The translations under genes were made by a program, and so were the position numbers. This document shows, piece after piece, positions 18,228 through 27,868 of a DNA stretch of 64,000 nucleotides. The DNA comes from Gemmatimonadota bacterium (GTDB lineage: Bacteria > Gemmatimonadota > Gemmatimonadetes > Gemmatimonadales > GWC2-71-9), in the NCBI GenBank assembly GCA_003220795.1, contig QHTK01000047.1:222-64221 (forward strand). Reading direction: 5' to 3'. The notes below the pieces were generated by a model. The model saw nothing but the letters and a program-made list of their open reading frames with translations. It was not told the origin of the DNA and did not search any database. The number at the start of each line of letters is the position of its first letter. Position 1 is the stretch's first letter.

Positions 18228-19504
18228 CGAATCGCCCCGAGCGCGCGATCGAGCTGGCGCGCCAGCTCGTGCGCCGCCGCCGCCGGAGCGGCGCCCGCCA
18301 GCGTGATGCGGTCCAGGAGATCGGGAAGGACAGCTTCGACCTCCCGCCAGCGCTCGATCCGCGCGCCCCACGGCATCCGCCCCACGGCTGCGGCCCGCAC
18401 GAACGCCGCTTCCCACCCAAGCGTGTCGCGGGCCACGAGCGCCTGTGCGGCGGTGGTCAGGGCCGGAAGCTCGAGCCCGGCCTCGCCCCGCGCTCCGTCC
18501 GCGAGTGAGTCCGTGAGATCCGCGGCGAGCTCGATCGAGAGCTTGCGTCGCGCGGCGATCGCCGGCACGGCGTAGCCCGAGGCGTAGATCACCGTCACGG
18601 GACGAACACCCGCGCGGTGCGGGATGCCCACGAAGCCGACGCGCAACCGGCCGCTGGCGGCGTACGGACGCAACCGGGGCACCCAGGAATGGCCCGTGGT
18701 CAGCATAGCCACGCGGCCGCTAGTAAAGAGACGAAAGTCCTCGCCGACCGACTTGACCAGGTTGTGGGTACGGGGGGCGATGCCCTGCCTCGTCATCCAG
18801 CCGGTATACCAACGGATTGCCTCGATCGTGACGGGCGCGTCGAGACACCCACCGGCGCGTCGCCCGTCGACACAGAGCACATCGCCGCCGCCTGCCCACA
18901 CCCAGGGAATCCAAATGGAGGGGCGACGGTCGAAATAGGCCCCCCACTGGTCGATCCTCCCGTCGCCGTCCGTGTCACGCGTCAGTCGCTTGGCGGCCCG
19001 CAGGAAGTCGTCCCACGTCCAGTCGTCTCTGGGATACGGAATCCCGGCCCGGTCGAACAGATCCTTGTTGTAGACGACGACCAGCGGTGTGTATCCCCTG
19101 GGCAGGGCGTACACCGCGTTACCGCGGCTGAAGACCGACAACACAGTCTGGTCGAGGCACCCGATATCCACCCCGGCGCGCGCGAGGTAGGGCGCGAGGT
19201 CCAACACGACGCCGCGGTTCACCAGCGCGGGGACGTCATTGTCGTCGAGCAGGAACACATCGGGGGGAGAGCCCGCAGCCATCGACGTGAGCAGGCGCTC
19301 GCGATACTCAGCCTGATGCGTGGCGGTGCTCTGCTGCACGACCCGAACGCCGCGATTGACGGCGACGTACGGCGCGAGCACGCGGTCCTCCAGCTTCGCC
19401 TCGAGGTAGTCGGCCCGGTTCGCCAGCACGAGCGTGACACGATCGCCCTCCGCCACCGCCCCACAGGCCCAGACCGCGAGACACGCGGCGACCGCGCGTC
19501 TCAC
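18224..19504 (-). CDS. ABC transporter extracellular sugar-binding protein (family 1)
   Basis: It shows the typical SBP_bac_1 pattern (VTLVLAN...[12 protein letters not shown]...[21 protein letters not shown]...). A GTG start at 19504 overlaps the ATPase stop (GTGA) and gives a signal peptide ([16 protein letters not shown]). The ORF-track N-terminus is Arg/Gly junk. Confidence 0.85.
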   Translation of the reverse strand: MRRAVAACLAVWACGAVAEGDRVTLVLANRADYLEAKLEDRVLAPYVAVNRGVRVVQQSTATHQAEYRERLLTSMAAGSPPDVFLLDDNDVPALVNRGVVLDLAPYLARAGVDIGCLDQTVLSVFSRGNAVYALPRGYTPLVVVYNKDLFDRAGIPYPRDDWTWDDFLRAAKRLTRDTDGDGRIDQWGAYFDRRPSIWIPWVWAGGGDVLCVDGRRAGGCLDAPVTIEAIRWYTGWMTRQGIAPRTHNLVKSVGEDFRLFTSGRVAMLTTGHSWVPRLRPYAASGRLRVGFVGIPHRAGVRPVTVIYASGYAVPAIAARRKLSIELAADLTDSLADGARGEAGLELPALTTAAQALVARDTLGWEAAFVRAAAVGRMPWGARIERWREVEAVLPDLLDRITLAGAAPAAAAHELARQLDRALGAIR

Positions 19505-20571
19505 GCGAGCCGCTCGCCTGCCACGTCGAACAGGTGCAGGCGCCGCCGATCGAGCTTGAGGCCGACGTGATCCCCGGTCCGCAGCTCGACGAGTCCCGGG
19601 AGCCGCGCGATCAGCGGCTGCCCGCCTGCGGCCAGGTGGACCAGCGTCTCCGCCCCCAACGGCTCCACCACCACCACCTCGGCGTTGCCCATCCCCTGGT
19701 CCTCTCCGCACAGGCTCACGTGCTCGGGCCGGACGCCGAGGTGGATCTCCCCCTCGTAATGCTCGAGCGCTACCGGCACCGACAGGCTGCCGCAGTCCAC
19801 TACACCGCCCCCTTCCCGCATGCCTGTGCCGCGGCCCGCGAGCACGTTCATCCCCGGGCTCCCGATGAAGCGGGCCACGAAGACGTCGGCCGGGCGCTGG
19901 TACACCTCGGCCGGGGTGCCGAGCTGGCGGAGCCGACCTTCGTGCAGCACCGCGATCCGCTGGCCCATGGTCATCGCCTCGGCTTGATCGTGGGTGACGT
20001 ACACCATGGTCGCGCCGAGCGCGCGGTGCAGGGCGAGCAGCTCGGCGCGCAGCTCGCTGCGCAGCTTGGCGTCGAGGTTGGAGAGCGGCTCATCCAACAG
20101 GAATGCGCGAGGCGCGCGCACGATGGCGCGCCCCAGCGCCACGCGCTGGCGCTGGCCACCAGAGAGCTGCGCCGGGCGCCGGTCGAGCAGCTCGGTCAGG
20201 CCGAGCCGCTGCGCGACCTCCTGCACCCGGCGCGCGATCTCGGGCTCGGCCACGCCGCGCACCTCCAACCCGAACGCGATATTGCCTCGCGCGGTGAGGT
20301 GCGGATACAACGCGTAGTTCTGGAACACCATGGCGACATCGCGGTCGGCGGGCGGCAGATGCGTCACCTCGCGCTCGCCGATCAGGACTTCTCCCACCGT
20401 CGGCTCCTCGAGCCCGGCGATGCACCGCAGGGCGGTCGTCTTGCCGCAGCCCGACGGCCCGAGCAGCACGAGGAACTCGCCGTCCCGCACCTCCAGCGAC
20501 AGCTCCTGCAACGCGAGGCTGGCCCCGCCGTCGAACGTCTTCGTGAGGCCCCGCAAGGTGACCGACGCCAT
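19501..20571 (-). CDS. sugar ABC transporter ATP-binding protein (MalK/UgpC/MsmK-like)
   Basis: It has Walker A (GPSGCGKTT), the signature LSGGQRQRVALGRA, Walker B (FLLDEPLS) and a C-terminal TOBE-like regulatory domain. I take the start at MASVTLRGL. Confidence 0.9.
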   Translation of the reverse strand: MASVTLRGLTKTFDGGASLALQELSLEVRDGEFLVLLGPSGCGKTTALRCIAGLEEPTVGEVLIGEREVTHLPPADRDVAMVFQNYALYPHLTARGNIAFGLEVRGVAEPEIARRVQEVAQRLGLTELLDRRPAQLSGGQRQRVALGRAIVRAPRAFLLDEPLSNLDAKLRSELRAELLALHRALGATMVYVTHDQAEAMTMGQRIAVLHEGRLRQLGTPAEVYQRPADVFVARFIGSPGMNVLAGRGTGMREGGGVVDCGSLSVPVALEHYEGEIHLGVRPEHVSLCGEDQGMGNAEVVVVEPLGAETLVHLAAGGQPLIARLPGLVELRTGDHVGLKLDRRRLHLFDVAGERLA

Positions 20572-20622
20572 GCGGCTCAGCCTACTCGGGGCGGTGCCGG
20601 ATTTCAACGTCGTGACGCGGCG

Positions 20623-22884
20623 TCATCCGAAGGCGATCGTCAGCGGGTCGCCGACGTTGCCTTCCCCCGCCGCGCGGCCGTCGATCTTGACGCGGAAGCG
20701 CCCGCCGTCGATCGCGACCGCTACGCCCCGCCCGGCCACACGCACCCCCTCGAGTGCGGCGCGGCCGACGCCCAGGGGCACGGGCCAGACCGTGAGACCT
20801 CCCGCCGGGCCGTCCGGCAGCACACCCATCACGTGCGACACGATCAGGTCGTTCACCCAGGAGTGCAGGTAATCGTCGATGCCCCGGTAGACGCTCGGCC
20901 GGCCGGTGTGCGGGTGATAGTGCTCGAAGCTGTTCGGCCGTTCGGGGTCGCCGTCGAACGTCATCATGCGTGCGAACTGGCGAATCAGATGGCCCAGCTT
21001 CCCCGCCCACGTCCCCTGGTGCAGCCGCACGACCCGCGCCAGCGCATCGATGATATGCGAGTTCGTCATCGGCCACACGCGCCCGTTCCACGGACAGTTG
21101 TGACGTTTTCCCTTCCACTCGGCGTCCGGATTGAACAGTGGATCGTCCACACTCGACGAGGGGACGGGGTAGGCCGTCCAGAACTCGGCCGGCTCGAACA
21201 GATGCTGCTCGAGCCCCGCGACGTGGCGCGCGTCAGCGAGGTCGGTCCCATACGGATAGAAGCACACCGCGGCTTTCACGCTCGTGGGCCGGGCCGTCCG
21301 CGGGTTTACGTCGAAGAACATCCCCGCCGCCGGATCCCACATTTTCTCGAGGATGGCGCGCCCAGTCCGGCTCCCCGCTTCGCGCCAGCGACCGACGTCT
21401 CCCGGGCTCACCCGCCCGGCCAACCGCTCGAGCGACCGCAGCAGCCGGTAGGCGTACACGGTCACGTCCACACCCTTCAACCGGATACGGCTCTCCCAGC
21501 CGACGCGATCCGCTTCGGGATCGACCGCCTGGTAGCGGGACATGTATTCCTGACCGGTCTCGAACTGGTTGACCACGTCGATCATCCCGGTGTGATCGGC
21601 GTCGCGCGTTCGGAGCAGCCAGGCGGCGTAGCGCACCAGGCCGGGATACACCTCGGCCTCGAAGGCGGGATCGGGATGCACGGCTTCGAGCGCGTCCAAC
21701 GCGCCGCCCCAGTCGGCATGATAGAAGTCGGGCCCGCGCTGGTGGTCGACGTACACGCGCCCGGGGAGGGAGCCGTCGGGGTTTTGGTGCGCGAGGAACG
21801 TGCGCAACACGCCCCGAGCCCACGTCGGATCGGCGAGCCAGCGAAGCTCGCGCATGTGGCACTGGGCGCTGTAGGTGATCGGCATGTGGAAATGGCCGAT
21901 CCCCTCACACACGGCGGGATACCGGTAATTGCCCATTCCGCCCGCGATCGCGTTGAGGCGCAACCCGTACCAGCGGTGGCGCCAGTGGCCATCCAGATAC
22001 GGGTCGGAGCAACGGAACGTCGGCACGGAGCCCAGGAACTCGTGCCAGCGGCGCTCCGCTTCCAGGCCGGGGCGGTCGGGGGTCCGCCGCCGGGCGGGCC
22101 GGTCGCTCGGCTGATCAGAGGGGGCACTCGGCCGGGCAACCTCGAGCTCGAGCGCCACGGACGCCGAGAAGCGCACCGTGCCGCGCGGGGGGAGTCGCAG
22201 CCGCCGCTGCAGCCCCAGGTACATCACACCGCGCGGGTCGATGCCCTCGAGGTGCAGCTGGTCCCGCAGCCGGCCGCTCGGCTGCCACCGGTCGTAAAAT
22301 GGCGTGAGCTCGAAGCGCGGCGGCAACATCGCGGCGGACGGTTCGGAGCGATACGCGCCGAAGGACTGGGCGGCGGGATCGAGCGTGAGCCGGTGCGCGA
22401 CGCGGGCCCGGTGCTCCCGTTGGTCGGCGACCTCGCGCGTGAAGCGCAGCATGTGCCCCTCGGCGTGCACGTCGGCCGCCGCAAGCGAGCCCCCATCCAC
22501 GGCCGTCCACACCACGACGTCGAGGCTCGCGCGCTGCGCGGTGGGGTTGTGGATCTCCCATTCGGAGGCGAGGGCACCGCCCGGTGCGCTGCGCGTCTCG
22601 CGCGCGCGCCACGACCCCAACGCGTGCTCCAGGGTCAGCAGGGCGGGCGTCCAGCGCCGCCGCACGCAGCGCACGGGCGCCGCGCGTCCGTCGGTGAGGA
22701 AGGTGAGCGTGAAGAGCGGACGGATCACGTACTGGAAGAGATGCGCCTCGTCCCAGAACCCGGGCGCGTCGACCCACTGAGGGAACGGGGGCGCCCAGAT
22801 GAGGCCGTCGCCCGCCCCCAAGTACCACTTGTCGTCCCGCGCCCGGAAGGATGCCCGCGCGGCCGCGGAGGGGCTACGCTTCAA
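20623..22884 (-). CDS. (alpha/alpha)6-barrel glycoside hydrolase, GH63/MGH1-like (trehalase/debranching-enzyme fold)
   Basis: The 753-aa ORF has VNQFETGQEYMSRYQ and CPWNGRVWPMTNSHIIDAL motifs, characteristic of clan GH-G enzymes. The exact specificity is unknown. Confidence 0.75.
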   Translation of the reverse strand: MKRSPSAAARASFRARDDKWYLGAGDGLIWAPPFPQWVDAPGFWDEAHLFQYVIRPLFTLTFLTDGRAAPVRCVRRRWTPALLTLEHALGSWRARETRSAPGGALASEWEIHNPTAQRASLDVVVWTAVDGGSLAAADVHAEGHMLRFTREVADQREHRARVAHRLTLDPAAQSFGAYRSEPSAAMLPPRFELTPFYDRWQPSGRLRDQLHLEGIDPRGVMYLGLQRRLRLPPRGTVRFSASVALELEVARPSAPSDQPSDRPARRRTPDRPGLEAERRWHEFLGSVPTFRCSDPYLDGHWRHRWYGLRLNAIAGGMGNYRYPAVCEGIGHFHMPITYSAQCHMRELRWLADPTWARGVLRTFLAHQNPDGSLPGRVYVDHQRGPDFYHADWGGALDALEAVHPDPAFEAEVYPGLVRYAAWLLRTRDADHTGMIDVVNQFETGQEYMSRYQAVDPEADRVGWESRIRLKGVDVTVYAYRLLRSLERLAGRVSPGDVGRWREAGSRTGRAILEKMWDPAAGMFFDVNPRTARPTSVKAAVCFYPYGTDLADARHVAGLEQHLFEPAEFWTAYPVPSSSVDDPLFNPDAEWKGKRHNCPWNGRVWPMTNSHIIDALARVVRLHQGTWAGKLGHLIRQFARMMTFDGDPERPNSFEHYHPHTGRPSVYRGIDDYLHSWVNDLIVSHVMGVLPDGPAGGLTVWPVPLGVGRAALEGVRVAGRGVAVAIDGGRFRVKIDGRAAGEGNVGDPLTIAFG

Positions 22885-23149
22885 GCGCCGCGATCTGCCG
22901 CAGCAGCTCGGCGCGATCGATCAAGCTGTCGTCCACGCCTTGCCCTCCTCGATTGCACGACGGCACACTTCGGAACTCTGGGGTGATGCAGACGCGTTGC
23001 CGGGGTAATGTCACAAGCCACGCCGGGCGGGGCAACCCTGCACGCCCGGCGGGTTTGAAATCACCCCACCAGGCGTGCATGTTTTGAGGCGTTGCACGCC
23101 GTCGAAGGAGGATCCGATGCCCGGGACACTCACCCCTACGGAGAAGGTC

Positions 23150-23770
23150 ATGGCACACACCCTGCCTGCCCTGCCCTATGATTTCGCCGCGCTCGAGCCG
23201 CATATCGACACACAGACGATGCAGATCCACCACGGCAAGCATCACCAGGCGTATGTCAACAACTTGAACGCCGCGCTCGACAAGCACGCCGAGCTCCACA
23301 AGAAGACCCTCGAGGAGCTGCTCCGCGGCATCAACACCATCCCCGAGGACATCCGCACCGCGGTCCGCAACAACGCCGGCGGCCATCACAATCACTCGCT
23401 GTTCTGGACGATCATGGCGCCTGCCGGCAAGGGCGGCGGCGGCGAGCCGGCCGGCGCGCTCGCCGATGCGATCAAGAAGACGTTCGGAGATTTCACGAAG
23501 TTCAAGGAGCAGATCGCCGGCGCCGCCATATCCCGCTTCGGAAGCGGCTGGGCCTGGCTGACCGTGGCGGGAGGTAAGCTCGAGGTCTCCAGCACTGCGA
23601 ACCAGGACAGCCCGCTCATGGATGGCAAGGTGCCGGTGCTCGGGCTGGACGTGTGGGAGCACGCCTACTACTTGAAATACCAGAATCGGCGGCCCGACTA
23701 CATCGCGGCGTGGTGGAACGTGGTCAACTGGACTGAGGTTGGCAAACGCTTCGAAGCCGCGAGGCGATAG
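23150..23770 (+). CDS. sodA: Mn-type superoxide dismutase
   Basis: It has [39 protein letters not shown] (Mn-type signature) and DVWEHAYYL. The ATG at 23150 is preceded by GGAGAAGG. Confidence 0.95.
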   Translation: MAHTLPALPYDFAALEPHIDTQTMQIHHGKHHQAYVNNLNAALDKHAELHKKTLEELLRGINTIPEDIRTAVRNNAGGHHNHSLFWTIMAPAGKGGGGEPAGALADAIKKTFGDFTKFKEQIAGAAISRFGSGWAWLTVAGGKLEVSSTANQDSPLMDGKVPVLGLDVWEHAYYLKYQNRRPDYIAAWWNVVNWTEVGKRFEAARR

Positions 23771-23796
23771 ACGCTAAGCCACCCCCACCAGGCGTT

Positions 23797-24261
23797 TCAC
23801 CGGTGCGCGAAAACCGCCGTGCGGCCCGCGCGGTCGAAGGTCATGATCGCGTAACGCACCGGCAGGGGCGAGTCCATTCCCGGCGACCCGGCGGGCATGC
23901 CCGGCACGGCGACGCCCGCAAGCTCGGGGCGCTCGCGCAGCAGCCGGACGATCACATCGGCCGGCACGTGCCCCTCGATGACGTAGCCGTCGACCAGTGC
24001 CGTGTGGCAGGACGTCAGGTGCTTGGGAACGCCGTAGCGCTGCTTGATGGCCGCGAGGTTGGTCGTGTCGTGCACAACCACCTTGAACCCGGCCGCGCGC
24101 ACGTGCTCGACCCAGTTCGCGCAACAGCCGCAAGTCGCGCTCTTATAGACGGTGATCACCGGAAGCGGACCGGCCGCTCCCGAACGCGCGCTCAAGGGGC
24201 CGCCGAGCGTCACGGCGGCGACGCCAAGCGTCCCGGCCAGCCACTTGATCTTGTGGAGCAC
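23797..24261 (-). CDS. DUF411 (CopG-like) periplasmic metal-binding protein
   Basis: It has TVYKSATCGCCANWVEHVRAAGF...SCHTALVDGYVIEGHVPADVI...VPGMPAGSPGM, the conserved DUF411 pattern. A GTG start at 24261 gives a signal peptide and avoids overlap with the upstream gene. Confidence 0.8.
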   Translation of the reverse strand: MLHKIKWLAGTLGVAAVTLGGPLSARSGAAGPLPVITVYKSATCGCCANWVEHVRAAGFKVVVHDTTNLAAIKQRYGVPKHLTSCHTALVDGYVIEGHVPADVIVRLLRERPELAGVAVPGMPAGSPGMDSPLPVRYAIMTFDRAGRTAVFAHR

Positions 24262-24316
24262 GAACTGTAAGGAACCCCGAAGCCGGACGTGGGGCAAGAG
24301 GGTCAGGCTGTGCGCG

Positions 24317-25114
24317 CTAGTGCCCGAGGGGAACCTCGAAGCGGGACTTGAGGACCAGCCGGTTCCCCGACGTGGTCGTCCCAAAGCCGACGCCCATGTT
24401 CAACTCGATATCGTCGCCGAGACGCAGGTCCACACCCGGGTAGAACTGGTGCACCTGCTGGCTGCCCGGCAGCGCACTGCCGAACAGCCCGGTCTTACCG
24501 TAGTACTCGACGCTCAGCGCGACCCGCTTGCTGACCGCGATGCCGACGCGTCCGCTCGGCTCCACCTCCCACTCCCCCTCGCCGCTCGTGGTCGTGAGTG
24601 CTCGCTCGATCACGGGATTCAATTGCAGTTGCACCCGTCCGATCCGCTTCTCGAGAATCGGCCGAATCTCGAGCCCAGTCGTGGTCTCGTCATAGGCCGC
24701 CGGCGAAAACTCCAATTCGGCAGCGATCCCCAGATCCACCGGCAGCCGCCACGATTCGGGCGCCCGCACCCGCGACCGCACCCGCCACCCGGCGTACTCC
24801 ACGCCGGGGCCAGGACGGTACGCCGACAGGAGGTAGGCCGTCACCTCCCAATGATCCGTGATGCCCCGGGTCAGTTCCAGGGCGAGATGGAATTGATGCT
24901 CGCTCGGGGCGACCGGTCCCTCGAACGCGGTGGTCCCGCGGGCGATGTAACTCATGTGTGTCTCGAGCTCCCACACCTTACGCGGTGCGGTTTCGGCGCC
25001 GTACACCGCGATCTCGAAGGGATCCTGCGCGATGGCCTCGCGCAGAGGACAGACCGCCCCGAACAGCAGCACGGGCACAAGACGTCTCGCACGGGCGTTC
25101 ACCCTACATGCCAC
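24317..25114 (-). CDS. putative outer-membrane beta-barrel protein (unassigned family)
   Basis: It has a signal peptide, alternating amphipathic strands and a C-terminal SRFEVPLGH. I recognise no family. Confidence 0.5.
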   Translation of the reverse strand: MACRVNARARRLVPVLLFGAVCPLREAIAQDPFEIAVYGAETAPRKVWELETHMSYIARGTTAFEGPVAPSEHQFHLALELTRGITDHWEVTAYLLSAYRPGPGVEYAGWRVRSRVRAPESWRLPVDLGIAAELEFSPAAYDETTTGLEIRPILEKRIGRVQLQLNPVIERALTTTSGEGEWEVEPSGRVGIAVSKRVALSVEYYGKTGLFGSALPGSQQVHQFYPGVDLRLGDDIELNMGVGFGTTTSGNRLVLKSRFEVPLGH

Positions 25115-25221
25115 CTTTGTTTAGAGTGAGGTTCCTGGACTGACGAATCCCGAATCTATTTGTCGGGTTTAGGGCGGTCAAGAACCCGGCTAGCTTGACG
25201 GCAGACGAAAGGAGCAGTCTA

Positions 25222-25722
25222 GTGACGGAAACAATGAGTCGCCTCGCAGGCGGTCCGCTGGCATCGGGGACCGAGGCACCGGACTTCACGCTGCACAGCA
25301 CTCCCGACCAGGCGGTGTCGCTGCGCGACTTCCGTGGTCGGCCGGTGATTCTCGCGTTCTATCCAGCCGACTGGAGTCCCGTCTGCGGCGACCAGATGGC
25401 GCTGTACAACGAGATCCTTCCGGAGTTTCAGCGCTACAGGGCCGAGCTGCTCGGCATCTCGGTCGACGGGGCGTGGTGTCACCTGGCGTTCGCGCAGCAC
25501 CGCAGGCTCCATTTCCCGCTGCTCGCGGACTTCGAGCCGAAGGGCGCCGTGGCCCGGCGTTATGGGGTGTATCGCGACGGCGACGGCACCACCGAGCGGG
25601 CGCTGTTCGTGATCGACGGGGGCGGCATCGTACGCTGGAGCTACGTGTCGCCGATCGGCGTGAACCCGGGAGCGGACGGGATTCTCCGCGCGCTCGAGTC
25701 GCTTGCAACGGAGCGAGCGTGA
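25222..25722 (+). CDS. peroxiredoxin (AhpC/TSA / redoxin family)
   Basis: It has VILAFYPADWSPVCGDQ with the peroxidatic Cys. The GTG at 25222 lies 7 nt after AAAGGAG. The ORF-track start at 25195 is possible. Confidence 0.9.
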   Translation: MTETMSRLAGGPLASGTEAPDFTLHSTPDQAVSLRDFRGRPVILAFYPADWSPVCGDQMALYNEILPEFQRYRAELLGISVDGAWCHLAFAQHRRLHFPLLADFEPKGAVARRYGVYRDGDGTTERALFVIDGGGIVRWSYVSPIGVNPGADGILRALESLATERA

Positions 25723-26270
25723 GCGCGAAACGGGAGCGGGCAGTGCTGGTGCTGCCGGTGGGCGAGCGGGATCACGTACAGGGACCGGCGAACGCCGCAG
25801 TGACGCTCGTCGAATACGGCGACTTCGAGTGCCCGCATTGCCGTCGCGCTTACCCGATCGTGAAGGAGGTGCAGGAGCGCATGGGCGCGCGTCTCCGGTT
25901 CGTGTTCCGCAATTTTCCTCTCACCGAGCTGCACCTGCACGCGCAGCACGCCGCCGAGGCGGCGGAGGCGGCCGGGGCGCAGGGGAAGTTCTGGGAGATG
26001 CACGATCGCCTGTTCGAGCGCCAATTCGCGCTCGAGGACGAGCATCTGATCGAGTACGCCCGCGAGCTCGAGCTCGACGCCGCGCGGCTGGCACGCGAGC
26101 TGGCGGCGCACACGTACAAGGCGAAGGTGCGCGACGACTTCATGAGCGGCGTGCGCAGCGGTGTGAACGGGACGCCGACGTTTTTCATCAACAACGTGCG
26201 GCATGATCAGGCATGGGACGTCGAGGCCCTCCTCACGGCCCTCGAGGGGGTGAGCGAGGGCGTGCGGTGA
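25719..26270 (+). CDS. DsbA-family thioredoxin-fold oxidoreductase
   Basis: It has YGDFECPHCRR (a CxxC site) and GVNGTPTFFIN (cis-Pro loop region). The GTG start overlaps the peroxiredoxin stop (GTGA). The upstream part of track ORF 25473 is out-of-frame read-through. Confidence 0.85.
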   Translation: MSAKRERAVLVLPVGERDHVQGPANAAVTLVEYGDFECPHCRRAYPIVKEVQERMGARLRFVFRNFPLTELHLHAQHAAEAAEAAGAQGKFWEMHDRLFERQFALEDEHLIEYARELELDAARLARELAAHTYKAKVRDDFMSGVRSGVNGTPTFFINNVRHDQAWDVEALLTALEGVSEGVR

Positions 26271-26287
26271 CCCACTGAGCGTCGGCG

Positions 26288-27868
26288 ATGCACCAGTTCG
26301 AGATCATCCTCGCGCTGCTCGTCGCCGTCGTGCTTCTCGGGATCGCGGCGCGCCGGCTGGGCGTCCCGTCTCCGGTGTTGCTGGTGATCGGCGGTCTGGT
26401 GATCGCGCTGCTGCCGGGCCTGCCGCCCGTCGAGTTCGAGCCGCGACTCATCTTCGTCGTGTTCATCCCGCCGCTGTTGTACCGCGCGGCGCTGACCGCC
26501 TCATGGCGCGACCTGCGCGCCAACCTCCGTCCCATCACGCTGCTCGCGGTCGGTCTCGTGGTGTTCACGACGATCGTGGTCGGCGTCGCGGCGCATGCCC
26601 TCGCGCCGGGCCTGCCCTGGGCGGCGGCCTTCGCATTGGGCGCGCTCGTCTCGCCGCCCGACGCCCCGGCGGCAACCGCCTTCCTGCGTGGCCTCGTCGT
26701 GCCGCGGCGCGTCGGCACGATTCTGGAAGGGGAGAGCCTGGTCAACGACGCCGCCGCGATCGTCGCCTACCGCATGGCGGTCGCGGCGGCCGTGAGCGGC
26801 ACTTTCTCCGTTGCCACCGCGGGACCGCGCTTCGTCTGGGTCGGCACGGCGGGTATCGCGGTCGGGCTGGCCGTGGGATGGCTGATCGCGTGGCTGCGCC
26901 GGCGCATTCACGCGCCCGAGATCGAGGCGACGATCTCGCTGCTCACACCATTCGCCGCGTTTTTTCCCGCCGAGGCCGTGGGGGTGTCCGGCGTGCTGGC
27001 GGTGGTGGCCTGTGGCCTCTACCTCGCGCGGCTGGGCCCGCGTATCGTGGCACCCGACACCCGAGTGCAGACCGAGGGGATGTGGGGCGTGGTCATCTTC
27101 GTGCTCGAGGGGCTCACGTTCATCTTCGTGGGACTCGAGCTGCGCGCGGTCCTCGGAACGCTGGGCGCGTACTCCACGCGGGAGCTCGCGATCGCCGGAG
27201 TGGCGGTGAGCGTGGCGACGATCGCCGCGCGTGTCGTGTGGGTGTTTGCGGCGAGCTACGGCCCGCGCTGGCTGAGCCGCCGCTTGCGGGAGCGCGATCG
27301 GCTGGGGTCGTGGCGTCACGTGGCCCTCGTCGCGTGGGCGGGCCTGCGCGGCGCGGACTCCCTGGTGCTCGCCCTGGCGCTCCCCTTCACCACCGCCGCA
27401 GGCGCCCCGTTCCCGGGGCGCGATCTGATCATTTTCCTCACGTACATTGTGATTCTGATGACGCTCCTCGTCCAGGGCTTCTCGCTCCAGCCGTTCGTCA
27501 ACTGGCTGGGGATCTGCGACACCGGCGAGACGCAGCGGCTGGAAGAAGCCCACGCGCGCGAGCAGGCGTCCGCCGCCGCGTTGCGGCGGCTGGACGAGCT
27601 GGCGCCGGGCCTCGACGGGGAGACGCTGACCGAGCTCCGAGCGCGCTACGGCCACCGCCGCCGGCGCTTCGGCGCCCGGGTGCGCGCCGAGCGCGACGGC
27701 GCCGAGGAGGGTCTCGCCCGCGGCCGCCGCACCGCCGTCCTGGAATTGCTCGAGGCGGAGCGGCGGGCGGTGATCTCATTGCGGGACAAGGGAATGATCG
27801 GTGATCACGTGATGCGGCGGGTACAGCGCGACCTGGATCTCGAAGCGCTGCTGCTGGGATCGCGCTGA
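26288..27868 (+). CDS. Na+/H+ antiporter (CPA1/NhaP type) with cytoplasmic C-terminal helical domain
   Basis: The 526-aa ORF has about 11 TMs and the LGALVSPPDAPA and ILEGESLVNDAAAIV motifs typical of CPA1. Confidence 0.9.
   Translation: MHQFEIILALLVAVVLLGIAARRLGVPSPVLLVIGGLVIALLPGLPPVEFEPRLIFVVFIPPLLYRAALTASWRDLRANLRPITLLAVGLVVFTTIVVGVAAHALAPGLPWAAAFALGALVSPPDAPAATAFLRGLVVPRRVGTILEGESLVNDAAAIVAYRMAVAAAVSGTFSVATAGPRFVWVGTAGIAVGLAVGWLIAWLRRRIHAPEIEATISLLTPFAAFFPAEAVGVSGVLAVVACGLYLARLGPRIVAPDTRVQTEGMWGVVIFVLEGLTFIFVGLELRAVLGTLGAYSTRELAIAGVAVSVATIAARVVWVFAASYGPRWLSRRLRERDRLGSWRHVALVAWAGLRGADSLVLALALPFTTAAGAPFPGRDLIIFLTYIVILMTLLVQGFSLQPFVNWLGICDTGETQRLEEAHAREQASAAALRRLDELAPGLDGETLTELRARYGHRRRRFGARVRAERDGAEEGLARGRRTAVLELLEAERRAVISLRDKGMIGDHVMRRVQRDLDLEALLLGSR

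Noticed and set aside
19534-22986. 1150-aa plus-strand ORF spanning the ABC ATPase and glycosidase region
   Set aside because: It is an Arg/Pro/Gly/His-rich shadow frame opposite two well-supported minus-strand genes. Stop codons are simply rare in this GC-rich antisense frame.
22874-23662. 262-aa minus-strand ORF opposite sodA
   Set aside because: It is a shadow ORF of the clearly real Mn-SOD gene, with no motifs and atypical composition.
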